Shown here: positions 31,566 through 40,421 of the stretch, one piece after another | How the letters are laid out: every line of letters begins with the position of its first letter | How positions within the stretch are numbered: the first letter of the stretch is position 1 | Virus record (IMG/VR): IMGVR_UViG_3300025276_000021 | Source of the DNA: a virus | Reading direction: 5' to 3' (one strand) | DNA: 64,000 bases | Position numbers and translations under genes: made by a program | The notes under the pieces: generated by a model | What the model saw: the letters and a program-made list of their open reading frames with translations, nothing else | Database searches by the model: none | What the model was told of the DNA's origin: nothing

Positions 31566-32226
31566 TTAATGTGTCCGCTGAAATACCCCAAGTTAGTATG
31601 AACATGGGATTGTTTTCGTGCGCCCAGAAACTATACATGCCTTTTCCTCCAAACATATAGTCGTTAAAGTATTTTGAATAATATTTTAGATTATCAGTTT
31701 CTACAGAATTGTAATAGTAAAAAAATCTTTTGTTTTTGAGGAGACTGACGAAATTTATCCCTTTAATATCATCTGTAGGATCTTCAGGGTGATCAGTAAC
31801 AAATTTTTTCAAGTCATCGTCCTGTATGATATACATATTATATAAAGTTAGAGAATCTAGTTTAGACGTAAAATTTTTCAATTCTTCCCGATGATCTTCA
31901 ATAAACTTTGCAATACAAGGATAACATTGATCGACAATAACTGGAAGCTTTTTGTATATCAATAAAATGTCAATTAATACATTTTCCAAAACATCTATAT
32001 TTAATATCTGAGTAAATTTCAAATAGTGAGATGCCAATTCAAATAAATCGCTTTCTCCTATTTTAATATCGCAAGGTATTTCTAAATTGCTAAGGTATAC
32101 AAGTAAACTTTCGCCTTGCAATTTTGAATTTTCGTAGTCAATTAAAAATTTAGTTTCCTTGTCTGTAAAATATTTTTTTAAATCTTCAATACCCAAAGGG
32201 GCTGTTACCATAATAATTTCGCTCAT
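31552..32226 (-). CDS. Hypothetical protein directly downstream of the putative substrate gene
   Basis: The likely true start is MSEIIM at 32226, with an AGGAGA RBS. The longer track start overlaps the substrate gene. Confidence 0.75.
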   Translation of the reverse strand: MSEIIMVTAPLGIEDLKKYFTDKETKFLIDYENSKLQGESLLVYLSNLEIPCDIKIGESDLFELASHYLKFTQILNIDVLENVLIDILLIYKKLPVIVDQCYPCIAKFIEDHREELKNFTSKLDSLTLYNMYIIQDDDLKKFVTDHPEDPTDDIKGINFVSLLKNKRFFYYYNSVETDNLKYYSKYFNDYMFGGKGMYSFWAHENNPMFILTWGISADTLNGTE

Positions 32227-32233
32227 AATATAA

Positions 32234-33061
32234 TTATCTCCTACCTCTTGCCGAGTGACATGACGAGTGGCATGATGAATGACACACACTCTCACTAATG
32301 CTTATTCCACTTCCTAAATTAGCTACACTAAACCATGCATCATAAAAATTCTGAAAAAGTTCTTCTAATTTTTCGTCTGTCAGTAAATCGTTTTGTGCAA
32401 TTGGATTTGCAACATCAGAAGAATCGATTTCAAAACCATATTTATGATGTAAGATTGCAAAACCACTTGCTGTGACTGATGTATTTACACGCGCCGCACG
32501 GCGTAATTCTGTACTATATTTAATAGTTGCAATAGCGCAGTAATGTTGCAAAAATTCATGTGTTAAAGGAGAACCATCATCATCCACTGTTGGACCATAT
32601 ACGTTATGAGTAACTTTAAATGCTTCCCTAGCCACATCTGAGATAAAAACAACATCGCCTGTTCTTGCGCTGTTTGCGTCTGTAGTACATGCTATTTGCC
32701 AATCGCAAGCAAAATTTCTATTTAATAGTGCGGCTGCGGTCGCTGCTGGGCTTTTCGCTGGAAGAGAGATATTGCCGCCAGGGCCTTGAACAATTCTTGT
32801 AAAATTGATTTTTCTAACCCGTGTATATTGATTAACATCTTTCAGTAAAGCATTATAGATATCTTGAGCAGTTATTGGAGAATCTTTCAGATCTGGTATA
32901 GATGTTATTCCGGTAGTCGTACTACCATACAAGGATGGCAATAAGGTAGGTGCAGGTGATGTATTTTCTCCGTAGACGATATGATTATTTATTCTGTCTG
33001 TAACAAATTCTTTATATTTTGTTAGTGTCGGATTTTCTGTTGCTGGGTTACTGATTGCCAT
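32234..33061 (-). CDS. Putative precursor/substrate protein with a C-terminal (CHSS)-repeat core
   Basis: Ends in VCHSSCHSSCHSARGRR. It has a strong AGGAGA RBS, sits among the rSAM genes and has no enzyme motifs. Confidence 0.7.
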   Translation of the reverse strand: MAISNPATENPTLTKYKEFVTDRINNHIVYGENTSPAPTLLPSLYGSTTTGITSIPDLKDSPITAQDIYNALLKDVNQYTRVRKINFTRIVQGPGGNISLPAKSPAATAAALLNRNFACDWQIACTTDANSARTGDVVFISDVAREAFKVTHNVYGPTVDDDGSPLTHEFLQHYCAIATIKYSTELRRAARVNTSVTASGFAILHHKYGFEIDSSDVANPIAQNDLLTDEKLEELFQNFYDAWFSVANLGSGISISESVCHSSCHSSCHSARGRR

Positions 33062-33070
33062 TGTTATCTC

Positions 33071-34114
33071 CTAGACATTTTTTGCCAATTCCATCATTAA
33101 GCTCTTAGGAGCTCCACAAATATCTTTTTCCCATCCTAGCTGATGGCAATCGCCGCCACAAAATTTCGAAACTGGACAGGAATAGCATAATGGATTTCTC
33201 ATCTTTTCTTCAATAATATTTCGTATTCTCTTAGGACTATTTATAAGAGTTTGTATGCTATCATCTAAGTTACCGAATTGAAATTCTGGCGCACTGTTCG
33301 GACAACCACTAATTGTTCCATCACCATTTATAGTGAATAATTTTTCTTCACAATCACGACAAAACGTGCCGCATTTTGTCTGAGTCTTTTCAAACTTAGA
33401 ATACACATTTTCAAGAAAATCGTTGTCAAACCAATCTCTCGCACCATACTTTTCACTCTGCATATGCATTTTTAAAAAGTAGGCATCAAGTTCTTTGTTA
33501 GATGGAAATATCTCTGATGCATTTCTAGCATTGCCATTATTCGTAAGACGTTCTAAAGATACCTCTTGAACACCTAATCTACGGCACCATCTTAGCAATG
33601 TAATGGGATCTTTTTCAAGAGTATCTTTAGTCAAACTAATAAACAAACGTATAGTAATACCTTGACTTAATAATGTCTTGACATTTTTGTGCCATAAGCT
33701 ATATTGTTTATTATTATCGAAACGAATTTTACGATCCCAAGACGTGCCAAGTCTACTATTCAGAGGACCTTTGATAAAATCAATATGCTGATCTTTTAAT
33801 TTGAATACTAGATTAGTTGTTGCACCCCAACTCATACGATCCCAGAGACCATCACATGCATCATACACTTTACGCATTTGACCTACAGGTACAAGAAAAG
33901 GTTCACCTCCGTGAAACTCCATGTGTATGCTATCGTATGTCGCATCTCTTGGTCTATGAGATGCAAGGTGTGCTTCTTTTCTAAATCTATGAATCCAATC
34001 AATTATCTTATTTGGATTCCAATAGATTTTTGCACCATTACTACCGCTTGTAAAGCAGTGGGCACAATTCAGTTGACAGGTTTCTGTTGTTTTTAGGTAC
34101 ATTAACCAATTCAT
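33071..34114 (-). CDS. Radical SAM/SPASM peptide-maturase-like enzyme (rSAM 1)
   Basis: KTTETCQLNCAHC, FHGGEP, CGTFCRDC...GCPN...CYSCPVSKFCGGDC...C. Confidence 0.92.
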   Translation of the reverse strand: MNWLMYLKTTETCQLNCAHCFTSGSNGAKIYWNPNKIIDWIHRFRKEAHLASHRPRDATYDSIHMEFHGGEPFLVPVGQMRKVYDACDGLWDRMSWGATTNLVFKLKDQHIDFIKGPLNSRLGTSWDRKIRFDNNKQYSLWHKNVKTLLSQGITIRLFISLTKDTLEKDPITLLRWCRRLGVQEVSLERLTNNGNARNASEIFPSNKELDAYFLKMHMQSEKYGARDWFDNDFLENVYSKFEKTQTKCGTFCRDCEEKLFTINGDGTISGCPNSAPEFQFGNLDDSIQTLINSPKRIRNIIEEKMRNPLCYSCPVSKFCGGDCHQLGWEKDICGAPKSLMMELAKNV

Positions 34115-34587
34115 ATTATGTTTTCTATATAATCTTCAAGAGAAAAACTGAGAGTCAGGGCTTCACTATTATTAAATGCTTGGTGAAGAGTTCCTGAAGG
34201 AATATGAAAATACTCTCCTGAATTTATATCATGCATAATACCATTCATTTCAATAGTTTTAGTTCCCTCACAACAGTAAATAATAACATCAAAAGGATCT
34301 GTATGAGGCTTAAAAGAAGGAGATCCTTTTTTGGCGTAAAATAAATGACATGTTACTGGACCTTCTGTATGATTATATTTTTTAGCAAGAGCAAGACATT
34401 CCTCATTCATAGTCCGACTGAAATTTTCCATTCGTTCTATTTTTATAGTATTATTTGAATTTTTTAGAACTTCACTAAAGTTGTGTGCTTTGTGTTCTTT
34501 GCCATCAAAATCAACAAAAAATACAGCATTTTGGTCATATAAAAGTGAATTTTGTAATATAGATAAAACAGTAGTTAAAGTAAACAT
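34111..34587 (-). CDS. JmjC/cupin oxygenase (ribosomal-oxygenase YcfD/NO66-like cupin)
   Basis: CHLFY...SFKPHTDPFDVII...EGTK...IPSGTLHQA gives an HxD...H facial triad. Confidence 0.78.
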   Translation of the reverse strand: MFTLTTVLSILQNSLLYDQNAVFFVDFDGKEHKAHNFSEVLKNSNNTIKIERMENFSRTMNEECLALAKKYNHTEGPVTCHLFYAKKGSPSFKPHTDPFDVIIYCCEGTKTIEMNGIMHDINSGEYFHIPSGTLHQAFNNSEALTLSFSLEDYIENII

Positions 34588-34615
34588 TCACACCCTTTCA
34601 CATTATGTAAATACT

Positions 34616-34644
34616 ATTATATAGCATAAAAATATATTTGTCAA
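34616..34644 (-). promoter_or_regulatory. Perfect sigma70 consensus promoter driving the radical SAM operon
   Basis: TTGACA (34644-34639), 17-bp spacer, TATAAT (34621-34616). It lies about 29 nt upstream of the ATG at 34587. Confidence 0.85.
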
Positions 34645-34659
34645 CCATTATTTTAGGGG

Positions 34660-34687
34660 TTGACATTTCTGAAAATTCTGTTATAAT
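34660..34687 (+). promoter_or_regulatory. Divergent sigma70 consensus promoter (extended -10) pointing antisense into the structural operon
   Basis: TTGACA (34660-34665), 16-bp spacer, then TATAAT (34682-34687) preceded by TGn. Confidence 0.65.
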
Positions 34688-34718
34688 AAGATTCTTCTTA
34701 GTGAGAGGGCAGTATGTT

Positions 34719-35906
34719 TTAAAGTTTCAATACACATTCTACAAGCTTTTCTTCAATAGAAGTATTTGTTTCTAAAGCAACTCCTACAATAGCAGCGCCA
34801 TCATACTCTTTAGATGCACAACCATTATTGTGAGCATACAAAGTTTCACCTTTACTTACAGCACCAACAACTCTTACTGGAACACGACCTTTTAGCGCAA
34901 GAGCCTGACCTTCTGTATCTGCATTCATAAGAAATGCGGGTTTTAATGATATCACTCCTATAGGCAATCCAAATACATTACACTCATCAGTTTCAGCCTC
35001 ATCAGTCACAGACACTTTCATAACCGTGCCAACAGGATATTCTATATCAGTTGTATATTTTTCTGCGAGGTCAGCGAAGTTTGCAGACGTAGCTAAACCG
35101 TAAAATGTGTGAGCATATACGCCCTTAAGTTTAGCACCTGTTGAACCAATATCGTATAGATTATCGTTAGCTGATTGAATAGTCATATCAGCATTTATTT
35201 CCATACTATCATTTAAGCTAACAGGTCCGTTGAAAATAACTGTACCCGTGTTTGTAAAAGTGTTAGTGTTGCTCATTGTTCTAGATGCTGTTACATTAGC
35301 GGCTACATTTGACCTTTCAAAAACAGAAGGAATAACATCAGCAGGAATGTCTGTACCATCATCTGTTATCATGCTAGAAGGAATATTGGGTATTCTATCG
35401 ATTAAAAATATTCCTGATGTTATCTTACTAGTTGCAAGTGATGGTATTCTATCCTCGTGAAATTGTCCCATTGTAGTTTGGTTAGCATTTAAGTATGGTA
35501 ATCTAGCTATAGCTATAGTTCCTGTAGTAATGTTAGACGCATCAAAATTAGGAAGTAAAGCAGGATTAAAAGTACCGGTTGTAATTTTACCTGCATCTAA
35601 TGCAGGAATATCGCCCTGAGTCAGCGCCCTTCTTACAAAAGTAAAGACGCCTGTTGCTGCAGAATAACTTAGTTCGCAATACGTGCCGCCGCCAGATGTT
35701 GTCGCACTTAATTGATTTTTAGCAAGTTGAAGCGTAGATCCGCCAATATTAGTTTTAGTTTCTATAGAATTTATAGCACTAACTATACTTGAACTATCCG
35801 CTGTAGTAAGTGCGTCCAAATCTCCAATATATGTTCCTAAAAGATTCGTCTTTTCTCGCCAACCGTTAACTGTGCTTGAGAGGTCTACATTTACAATTCT
35901 GGGCAT
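34719..35906 (-). CDS. Tail fibre/appendage with C-terminal peptidase G2-like autocleaving chaperone
   Basis: ADLAEKY...IGVIS.KPAFLMN...ALKGRVPVRVVG. 18-aa IPxLxxxKITTG repeats. N-terminal WREKTN motif. Confidence 0.75.
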   Translation of the reverse strand: MPRIVNVDLSSTVNGWREKTNLLGTYIGDLDALTTADSSSIVSAINSIETKTNIGGSTLQLAKNQLSATTSGGGTYCELSYSAATGVFTFVRRALTQGDIPALDAGKITTGTFNPALLPNFDASNITTGTIAIARLPYLNANQTTMGQFHEDRIPSLATSKITSGIFLIDRIPNIPSSMITDDGTDIPADVIPSVFERSNVAANVTASRTMSNTNTFTNTGTVIFNGPVSLNDSMEINADMTIQSANDNLYDIGSTGAKLKGVYAHTFYGLATSANFADLAEKYTTDIEYPVGTVMKVSVTDEAETDECNVFGLPIGVISLKPAFLMNADTEGQALALKGRVPVRVVGAVSKGETLYAHNNGCASKEYDGAAIVGVALETNTSIEEKLVECVLKL

Positions 35907-36115
35907 TAGTCACCTAACTTTCTGGTTATTTCAACTAGCAGATTTTTAATATCTGATACTTCTGCCTTGAGTGATTGAAATTCTTGATTTTTAGCTCTTA
36001 TCATTTTTTTTCGTTCTTTAGATTTTTCAATTTCAGCAATATTTGTATTTATGATTGCACCAGTTTCCTCATCAACCATAAAATCGTTTTCACCTTGGAT
36101 TTTAGATAGTTGCAA
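35906..36115 (-). CDS. Small conserved T4-like hypothetical protein
   Basis: DEETGAIINTN motif followed by a coiled coil. It sits directly after the VrlC-like gene. Confidence 0.7.
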   Translation of the reverse strand: MQLSKIQGENDFMVDEETGAIINTNIAEIEKSKERKKMIRAKNQEFQSLKAEVSDIKNLLVEITRKLGD

Positions 36116-36116
36116 T

Positions 36117-39100
36117 TTAATCTCCCAAACTTATTGCTCTAAAGTCTCTTATCATAGGCACTTTAGATGAGTTGGAAGAAGTGAATACAATTTTTACTTT
36201 AAATCTATTAAACGTAGGTAATGTTCCCGTATCGCCACCTTCTGTGTAAATATACTCCCGGAAAGTTTCTCCATCATCATCCGAAGGCATTGCAATATCT
36301 AATGTTGCTTGTACCCAAGGCACAGAGTCAAAACTAACGCTATCCATGATTGCTTTATAATAAAGCTCAACATTAGCAGCCGAGGGTTTATTAACTGCCA
36401 TAAATATTTTTAATCCTGTCGCAGGAGATAGAAGCGAAATAGATTTTGTTATGTGTTTCGCTAAAGATGATCCTGAAAGGGCATCTGTATCTGCTTTGTA
36501 TGTAGAATATCCTTCATTACCAGCTACTGTATCGTCTACATCAAATACAACATTATTTGTCCCAGATGTAGATGAAGTAACTGGCTCAGGATTATCGATT
36601 ATATTTTCAAATATCGATACGCAACATCTTTGAAGATCGATAACAGGAGAAACAAAATTCGAACCCGATACAATATTGCCATGTACTAAAAGAGACGTAT
36701 CATTAACTAATTGATCTTCCCTAGTCGCATGTGCTATAATTCTAGGAAATTCAAAGTAATTATTTGCTTTGTTTCTTAATGGCTCTACTGCGTAATGTGC
36801 ATATGGGCTTTCTGATCCTGCATAAGATTTACCGCTAGTTCCTATCTGAGTGAAGTTTATAGAAGTATTTTTAGGACTTATGCTTTCAAGATTTGGGAAC
36901 ATGGAATTATATGCATATTGTTGCGTAATTTGAATTGCATTGCCGCCAGTTGTCAGCGGAACAGTTACTACTGGCAAACTGGATTGATTAAATGCAAAAG
37001 AATGACCATCAACTTCAGTTACGGTGTGTGCTGTTCCACCGTTGTTCAAGAATGTTGCGTATGTTGCATCTACAACACCTGAAAGAACTACGCTGTCTCC
37101 TACTATAAGTCCGTGGTTTTTAGCTTCAACTTTAACATTTTTTCTAGCAGTTGGTTTGGCAAATAGTGTGATCGCGTTGGGCTTTAAAAGTCTATTAGGA
37201 ACAGTAGCATTTTTAAACACTGCTTTGCCAGTCGTGCTTGTAAACGATGCTCTATGCAATTTAAATTTCATATCTTGCCACTGAGATGCTTCCCATGTCT
37301 TACTATTTTGAGATTTAAATAGTGATCCTAAGAATGGCTGTTTGTTGATCTTTTTATTTGTAGTTCCAAGAACAAATTTACCTACACTAGAAACATATAA
37401 TAAGTAATCTGTATTATCAGTAAGGCAAACTACGGCGTAGTCTGTGTAGCCCTTCAAATAAATAGGCTCATCGAATATAAAATCTGTTGCTAATGTAGCG
37501 TCAAGGCTTGTAGCGACTTGAGCAGACGTTAATAGTTTCTGAGAACCGGGTACAATAATATCTGAAGCAGGATAACCGTTAACCATAGGTCTAATCTGAA
37601 TCCAAACTGGCATAGTAGTACTTTTCGTTTTAAAATATAAAGAAACTTTTGTAATAAACGCTCCAGTCGATTCGTGGACAGTAAAGGACTGTGCTAAAGG
37701 ATCATTGTTTTCATTACGATCTTCATTGCCTTGATTGTCTTGTCGCTCGAATGTGGTTCTACCAGTTATAACTCTAGATGTATTTGTAGATGTTCTTCCT
37801 ACTACTTCCAACCAACGAGTTGACAAAATATCTTCCTGTCTTGTATCAAGAACCCCAGACGCACTATATACCGCGGAGCCGTAAGAAATTGCATTTTCTT
37901 CATTATCTGCCGTGATATCTATTAATTTAAACTCTGCAGAACCAGTTGGAAATCTTATAGCTGAAGTGCTAGGAACAAAGAAGGATCCTTGAACTATGCC
38001 ATTGCCGTCAGTGTACAAATCGCTTTTACCATTGGGATGACCGTTTGCGTTAAGCTGTGTGTTTCCAAATTCAGTACCCTTATGCGAATTATAAGATACA
38101 TATGTTTCTCTTTTAACCCAATCTGCAACATCAACACCATCAAAAAATGCAAACATTTTTGTATTTGGCTGAAAACCTTCTCCCCTAAAATAAACTAATC
38201 TAGAACGCATAAACGGAATAAATGCCCATTGAACTAACCTATCACCGATAACCTCGCGAATAGTTTCGCTTGATACAACAGTATTTACCGTAGTTTGAGT
38301 TGTTCTATTAACACCACTTGTGATTGTCCCACCTGTTCTACGGGTACCCGTCGTGTTTGTAAAACCACTCTCACTAAGAACTATAGACCTGCTGTTCGTT
38401 GATGATCCTACGTCTAGTCCGTTTAGATCAGAGCCAGACCAATTCCATTCATTTTCGTTCCACAAATGTGCAGCGTTTGTATTTAACCTTGTGCCACCAT
38501 CAATAACTTTTTGTCCGAGGTATTCAACTTCTTTCCAATCATCACTGGAGGGAGAAAGTTTGATATGACCTCGAAAGCCCATAACCATAAAGGGATTAAC
38601 ATTTTCCGTGTCTGAGGCTAAATCTTGACCTATGTAATCTGCGTGTGTATATGCAAGATAAACATTATCTCCTACTAAAACAGTATTTGTAGATAGTGCT
38701 TGGTCATAAATTAGACCTATATTATTTGATGAATATGAAGGACGGGCAAATTTCTCTTTAGGATCTATAGATGCATTATATTCAATATTATTAAAATCTG
38801 TATATGATTGGTCTGCAAAATTATCTGCAATAAAACCTGTCTTTGTTCTAGGCAATCCATTTTCATCAAGAACTTCAATATTTTTTGTGTCCATCTCTAA
38901 CAAAGATAGTGTTACCATTTCCTCAAAACGCTCAAGACGATTTTCTATTTTACCGATATCACGCATAGTATATCGTTTGTTTTCTATCATACTAAATGTC
39001 AAATCTTTAGAGTTTAAAGTATATGGGTTTACTTTTACTCTATATAATTCCATCGCAGTTTGCGGAATATCAGGAAATACTGGAGAAAATGCTGGGGTGC

Positions 39101-40421
39101 CTTCAATGTATTTCATTTGACCATCTTGTTCCAATACTAACTTATCGAATCTAGGCAGATAATATTCAACGTCAAATGTGAGTACTGACGCTTGTTTTGG
39201 AATTGGAATTGGAACAGCAGAATTATTAGAAAAGTTTCCTGTTGTGCCTTTTGACGGTCTTAAATCAATACAATCTTTTAAATCAACAACATCGCCGTTT
39301 TCCATAGTATATGTGGGAATATCGCCATAGTCGTATGTTAATCCTGAGCCTGAAGAATAAGAGTTAGGCGCATAATAATCTCCTTGTCCATGCTCATAAT
39401 ATGTGAAATTTACCCAAATTGTTGTCGTGCTTAATGCATGATTATTTTTCAATCTAAGTTTAGAAGTTTCATAATATGCATCTTTTGCGCCATTGTCAAG
39501 AACAAATTTATCCGTGATGATCTCGCCAGCAGAGTTATTATATCTTATCTCTGATATATTAACAACATCTAATTCTAACATATCAGTCACAACGTCTTGT
39601 TGCCCAGCAGTCCAAGCGACTGTATAACTTCTATTTCCTGTTTGCAATGTTTTAGACGCAAGACTTGCGACTGCCTTATATGTGTATGCTATAATAGTTA
39701 CTTCTTGGTCAAAAGTTTCAGCAGTAAAACCAGTTACAGTTGCGGAATTAGAGTTTAAACTACCTGAAGTAACAGTTATAGATTGAACTGTACCTGCAGC
39801 ATTTACAGCTATCCAGTCACTAATATCTACAAAAACTTCGCCTGTGCCGGCAGCTATCGTTGCTTGCACTGCACCCGCAGTGATTGTTGTTGTATATCTC
39901 TTTTGTTGATATAAAGAAAAATTAGATACTGATTTAGCTCTAGGTTTGGGTAAAGGAAAAATCAAACTTTTATTATTGGAATTGTGTATTACTGATCTAG
40001 CGTTTTCTCTAAAGATGTTTACATATTTGTCCAGCGCACCAACTGTAGCGCCAATACTAAATGCTGATACATCAAATTTATAACTTCCTGTCATTTCCAC
40101 ATCAAATATATACAATCTGTATGCAACGCCTGCAATATTATTTTCTTTCTCAATCGCTCTAACTCGGCAAGTTCCCACAGTAGCGCCAGTCCAATTGACG
40201 GCGTTTTTAATTGTAAGTGGCGCCATTAAAGAAATATCAGGAATGCCCAACAAGTCAGAGACTAGAATATAGTTGCCGTATCCTGTACCTACAGTTTCGT
40301 TAATAACTGCTTCGGTTGCAGTTGCTTTACTTACTGACAAGAATGTTGGTAAATTTTTTGAAATCTTATATCCATTTACATATGCTTTACCGGGGGATAC
40401 CCTCAGTTTGATATTTGCCAT
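36117..40421 (-). CDS. VrlC/DUF4815-like virion structural protein, C-terminal part
   Basis: VSPGKAYVNGY, YYLPRFDKL, RYTMRDIGKIENR, PLAQSF, LGSLFKSQN and final DFRAI motifs. Confidence 0.8.
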   Translation of the reverse strand: MANIKLRVSPGKAYVNGYKISKNLPTFLSVSKATATEAVINETVGTGYGNYILVSDLLGIPDISLMAPLTIKNAVNWTGATVGTCRVRAIEKENNIAGVAYRLYIFDVEMTGSYKFDVSAFSIGATVGALDKYVNIFRENARSVIHNSNNKSLIFPLPKPRAKSVSNFSLYQQKRYTTTITAGAVQATIAAGTGEVFVDISDWIAVNAAGTVQSITVTSGSLNSNSATVTGFTAETFDQEVTIIAYTYKAVASLASKTLQTGNRSYTVAWTAGQQDVVTDMLELDVVNISEIRYNNSAGEIITDKFVLDNGAKDAYYETSKLRLKNNHALSTTTIWVNFTYYEHGQGDYYAPNSYSSGSGLTYDYGDIPTYTMENGDVVDLKDCIDLRPSKGTTGNFSNNSAVPIPIPKQASVLTFDVEYYLPRFDKLVLEQDGQMKYIEGTPAFSPVFPDIPQTAMELYRVKVNPYTLNSKDLTFSMIENKRYTMRDIGKIENRLERFEEMVTLSLLEMDTKNIEVLDENGLPRTKTGFIADNFADQSYTDFNNIEYNASIDPKEKFARPSYSSNNIGLIYDQALSTNTVLVGDNVYLAYTHADYIGQDLASDTENVNPFMVMGFRGHIKLSPSSDDWKEVEYLGQKVIDGGTRLNTNAAHLWNENEWNWSGSDLNGLDVGSSTNSRSIVLSESGFTNTTGTRRTGGTITSGVNRTTQTTVNTVVSSETIREVIGDRLVQWAFIPFMRSRLVYFRGEGFQPNTKMFAFFDGVDVADWVKRETYVSYNSHKGTEFGNTQLNANGHPNGKSDLYTDGNGIVQGSFFVPSTSAIRFPTGSAEFKLIDITADNEENAISYGSAVYSASGVLDTRQEDILSTRWLEVVGRTSTNTSRVITGRTTFERQDNQGNEDRNENNDPLAQSFTVHESTGAFITKVSLYFKTKSTTMPVWIQIRPMVNGYPASDIIVPGSQKLLTSAQVATSLDATLATDFIFDEPIYLKGYTDYAVVCLTDNTDYLLYVSSVGKFVLGTTNKKINKQPFLGSLFKSQNSKTWEASQWQDMKFKLHRASFTSTTGKAVFKNATVPNRLLKPNAITLFAKPTARKNVKVEAKNHGLIVGDSVVLSGVVDATYATFLNNGGTAHTVTEVDGHSFAFNQSSLPVVTVPLTTGGNAIQITQQYAYNSMFPNLESISPKNTSINFTQIGTSGKSYAGSESPYAHYAVEPLRNKANNYFEFPRIIAHATREDQLVNDTSLLVHGNIVSGSNFVSPVIDLQRCCVSIFENIIDNPEPVTSSTSGTNNVVFDVDDTVAGNEGYSTYKADTDALSGSSLAKHITKSISLLSPATGLKIFMAVNKPSAANVELYYKAIMDSVSFDSVPWVQATLDIAMPSDDDGETFREYIYTEGGDTGTLPTFNRFKVKIVFTSSNSSKVPMIRDFRAISLGD

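Noticed and set aside
32237-32284. c-type heme-binding motif in CHSSCH
   Set aside because: The spacing is CX3CH rather than canonical CXXCH, and there is no signal peptide or cytochrome c maturation gene. It is disfavoured but not strictly excluded.
26912-34114. rSAM genes as queuosine/7-deazaguanine, NrdG or MoaA-type metabolic genes
   Set aside because: No queC/queD/folE, nrdD or moa partners are present. The C-terminal Cys clusters and the adjacent Cys/His repeat protein fit peptide or protein maturases better.
34702-34722. Plus-strand GAGAGGG...ATG TTT TAA mini-ORF after the antisense promoter
   Set aside because: It is only two codons long and overlaps the fibre stop codon, so it cannot be supported as coding.
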